Notes under the pieces: generated by a model
Databases searched by the model: none
Seen by the model: the letters and a program-made list of their open reading frames with translations, nothing else
Told to the model about the DNA's origin: nothing
Program-made: the position numbers and the translations under genes
Source of the DNA: Eledone cirrhosa
Lineage: Eukaryota
Assembly (NCBI GenBank): GCA_964016885.1
Contig: OZ024748.1
Location: 11,904,001-11,968,000, forward strand
Length of the DNA stretch: 64,000 nt
Reading direction: 5' to 3'
Shown here: piece after piece, positions 60,514 through 64,000 of the stretch
Layout: each line of letters opens with the position of its first letter
How positions within the stretch are numbered: position 1 is the stretch's first letter

Positions 60514-60606
60514 GCACATATATATACGTATATACGTATATATATAGAGAGAGATAGAAAGAGATGCAGTTAGATAAATAGATAGATAAATAGAGAGACA
60601 TGGCAA

Positions 60607-60704
<98 letters not shown>

Positions 60705-61009
60705 TTATATAATGGCGTCACCATTGAGCTGAAAAGTTGTTTTATTCAATTGATTGTCTTCTGTAATCTCGCTATTTCATTAAGATTCACTTTAGTTAAT
60801 CAAATCAACAATTTTATATTTGATCTCTTATCTTAACGATCATCTTTAGGAAATTATTTATAGAACTGGGTAGAGGTAGTGTGTGTGTGTGTGTGTGTGT
60901 GTGGAGGTGTGGTGGTGGTGGGGGTAGTTGGATGTTACCTATTCTTACACACACTATATATATATATATATATATGTATACATATATATATATATATATA
61001 TATGTATAC

Positions 61010-61041
<32 letters not shown>

Positions 61042-61088
61042 CTATATATATATACGGGTGTAATTATATATGTATGTATATATGTATG

Positions 61089-61188
<100 letters not shown>

Positions 61189-61354
61189 CATACATACATA
61201 CATATATAATTACACCCGTATATATATATATACGGGTGTAATTATATATGTATGTATATATATATGTATATATATATATATACATATATACACACACACA
61301 TATATATATACAAATATATATATATAGTTGTTAACCTAGGTCTTTTGTCATATA

Positions 61355-61445
<91 letters not shown>

Positions 61446-61456
61446 CATATATATAC

Positions 61457-61488
<32 letters not shown>

Positions 61489-61505
61489 GTGTATATATAT
61501 ATATG

Positions 61506-61593
<88 letters not shown>

Positions 61594-61935
61594 AGAGAGA
61601 TATTCATATATATATATATATAAAATAAAAAATGATAAACATATATACAAAACAAATAGTGTTATTAGTTTCACGCTTTGGGTGAAAGAGAGAAATGTTG
61701 GACATATCGAATGTTAATCTCCTCCTCGTAGTACAATACTTCTGAGATTAGAATAGAAAAACAAATATAAAAGAGGTCATCTGAGTGCATGTGTGTTGCT
61801 TACACACAAACACACACATACGCACGTACACATACAGACATGGCGATACATACATACACACGCACATACACTCACAGACACTCACACACATACAGACACA
61901 CTGACTCAGACACACTGACACAGTCACACGCACAC

Positions 61936-62015
<80 letters not shown>

Positions 62016-62170
62016 TATAAGAACAAAAGATGGTTAAAAGAGTTCCATGTATTTTATGCGCATTTCAAAAACAAATATCATCATGCAATAATATTTGTGT
62101 TTTCATCAGATAAAACAGGAAGACATGATATGAAGGTTAAAAAACACTTGTGGATAGTGCAGTTTTAAAT

Positions 62171-62232
<62 letters not shown>

Positions 62233-62359
62233 TAAAATAACAGATTAAAGTTTAATAAATATTTGCTCTACGGTCCTTATATATTTGATATATATTTATC
62301 CTATCGAGCCCTCTTTGGATTTTAGTCTTCAAATTTATTATTATTACTATATATATATA

Positions 62360-62439
<80 letters not shown>

Positions 62440-63454
62440 TTCGTTTCTGAATTTGTTTAGCAAGATTCTTTATCTGAAAACGTGTGTTGAAACCGATATT
62501 GTTATTCTTTGGGAGGGTCATGTTGACAATAAGAAACACACGCACCACAAGTTTTCACTCCAATTTATGTATGTATGTATGTATGTATGTATGTATGTAT
62601 GTATGTATATTTTAAAAAATTTTATTTTATTTTTATTTATTTATTATTATTATTTTTTTTTTTTTCTCCTCGTGCAATGGCCATACTCGATAACGAGGGG
62701 GCAGCCATCATGTATGTATATACTAGAAACGAAAGAAATTCTTGGTACAGTAAAATCATAAAATATGCTTGATAAACGATAAGAATGGTTGTTCTGCTGG
62801 TTGTTATTTTGTAATGATCAAATATCTGACAAAATGTACTTGTAGTAACTCCATAGGGATCAACGTTATATACAGTTTCTGTCGCCTGTTTATCTGCATT
62901 TTTTAAAGTTCTCCTTGTATTTTTCTGCCATTCATGACTTCATGTTGAGTTCAATTATTGGACATTTTAACAAATTTTGTAATAACCATTCTGTGGGGAG
63001 TTGTGACAGTATTACGACAATATTAGCAATTGGAAAGACCAATTGAAACATTATTTCCTTGGTCGGATCTGAAGAGTTCCCCTTCACTCGATATGCGAAT
63101 GAGGTTTGGGATCTTGTCTATTCGGATCAGTAATAAGCAAAGTTAACTTAAAAGATTTACGGAAGTCACGATGTCCCCGATGTTCACTATTCTGTCGTGT
63201 TCTATATATTCTGACACTTGTACAACATATATTACATATATTTACACGTCTTCGGTAGTGTAGATATATTAATAAAGTATAATTATCAGAAGATATAATA
63301 AAACATTGTTTATCACTTGGATCAAAACGAAAAATTAATTTATAAAACATTGTTTATAATTTGAATCCAGAGTTTTCGTACTATTTATGAAGGTCATGGA
63401 GTTTCGGCCGTGTAGTCAAAGGGCAAAGGATCATCAGATATATTCCCATTCATG

Positions 63455-63526
<72 letters not shown>

Positions 63527-63838
63527 ATATATATATATATATATATATGAATGTATATATATAGTGTATTTTGCTATACACTGTATGCTTAATTAAAAGC
63601 ATTTTGAAGACCTTACGCTATTATTTTAGAGTAGTGACAGTCTCACTTACTTTAAATTTTCAGTAAACAGGGGGAGATAAAGCTGACAGTGTTCTGTTTC
63701 GTACTATTTGGTACTTATCAAAGCTAAGTACTCCACCTGTTTGCTGAAAATCATGAATGTTTGATTCCTATAGAATTCTAGTAATAATCATGAACTGATT
63801 ATACAGAGCGGTTGCCGGTCAAGCAGAAATTGAAAATT

Positions 63839-63889
<51 letters not shown>

Positions 63890-64000
63890 TTCTTCCTACA
63901 AGCGTGAAACTAATACACTTCATGTTATTGCATCCTCTTATTAGTTTGTTTCTTGTTTCCTTGATATATGTATATATACACACATACACACACATACACA

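Noticed and set aside
62690-63400. Unique-looking sequence with short minus-strand open frames as a second gene
   Set aside because: No recognisable domain or convincing exon chain, and it includes a decayed SINE C tail at about 62997-63070. Unresolved without a BLASTX search.

Overview
Eukaryotic, AT-rich, microsatellite-dense animal DNA. Its SINE families suggest an octopus (coleoid cephalopod) genome; this is my inference, not a database result. Positions 1852-47866 (+) hold the 3' part of one CHD6-9 subfamily (kismet/CHD7/CHD8-like) chromatin remodeller gene. I assembled 42 coding exons by hand, all phase-consistent (7845 nt, about 2614 aa plus stop). They encode tandem chromodomains, an intact SNF2 ATPase, a SANT/SLIDE-like region, two BRK domains and a low-complexity tail. 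The N-terminus lies upstream of the window. One intron is GC-AG. The introns and the 16 kb downstream are filled with tRNA-derived SINEs, TTAA- and TA-flanked MITEs, RTE-like 3' fragments, minisatellites and very long (TA)n/(TATG)n tracts. The most unusual structures are: a 427-bp near-perfect head-to-head SINE palindrome centred at 53627; several fold-back structures in the 9.6-kb intron that splits BRK2; the same MITE inserted twice, in opposite orientations, at one SINE site; and minisatellites built from, or abutting, splice signals. I found no prokaryotic-type systems or CRISPR arrays. Repeat boundaries were read by eye and are approximate.
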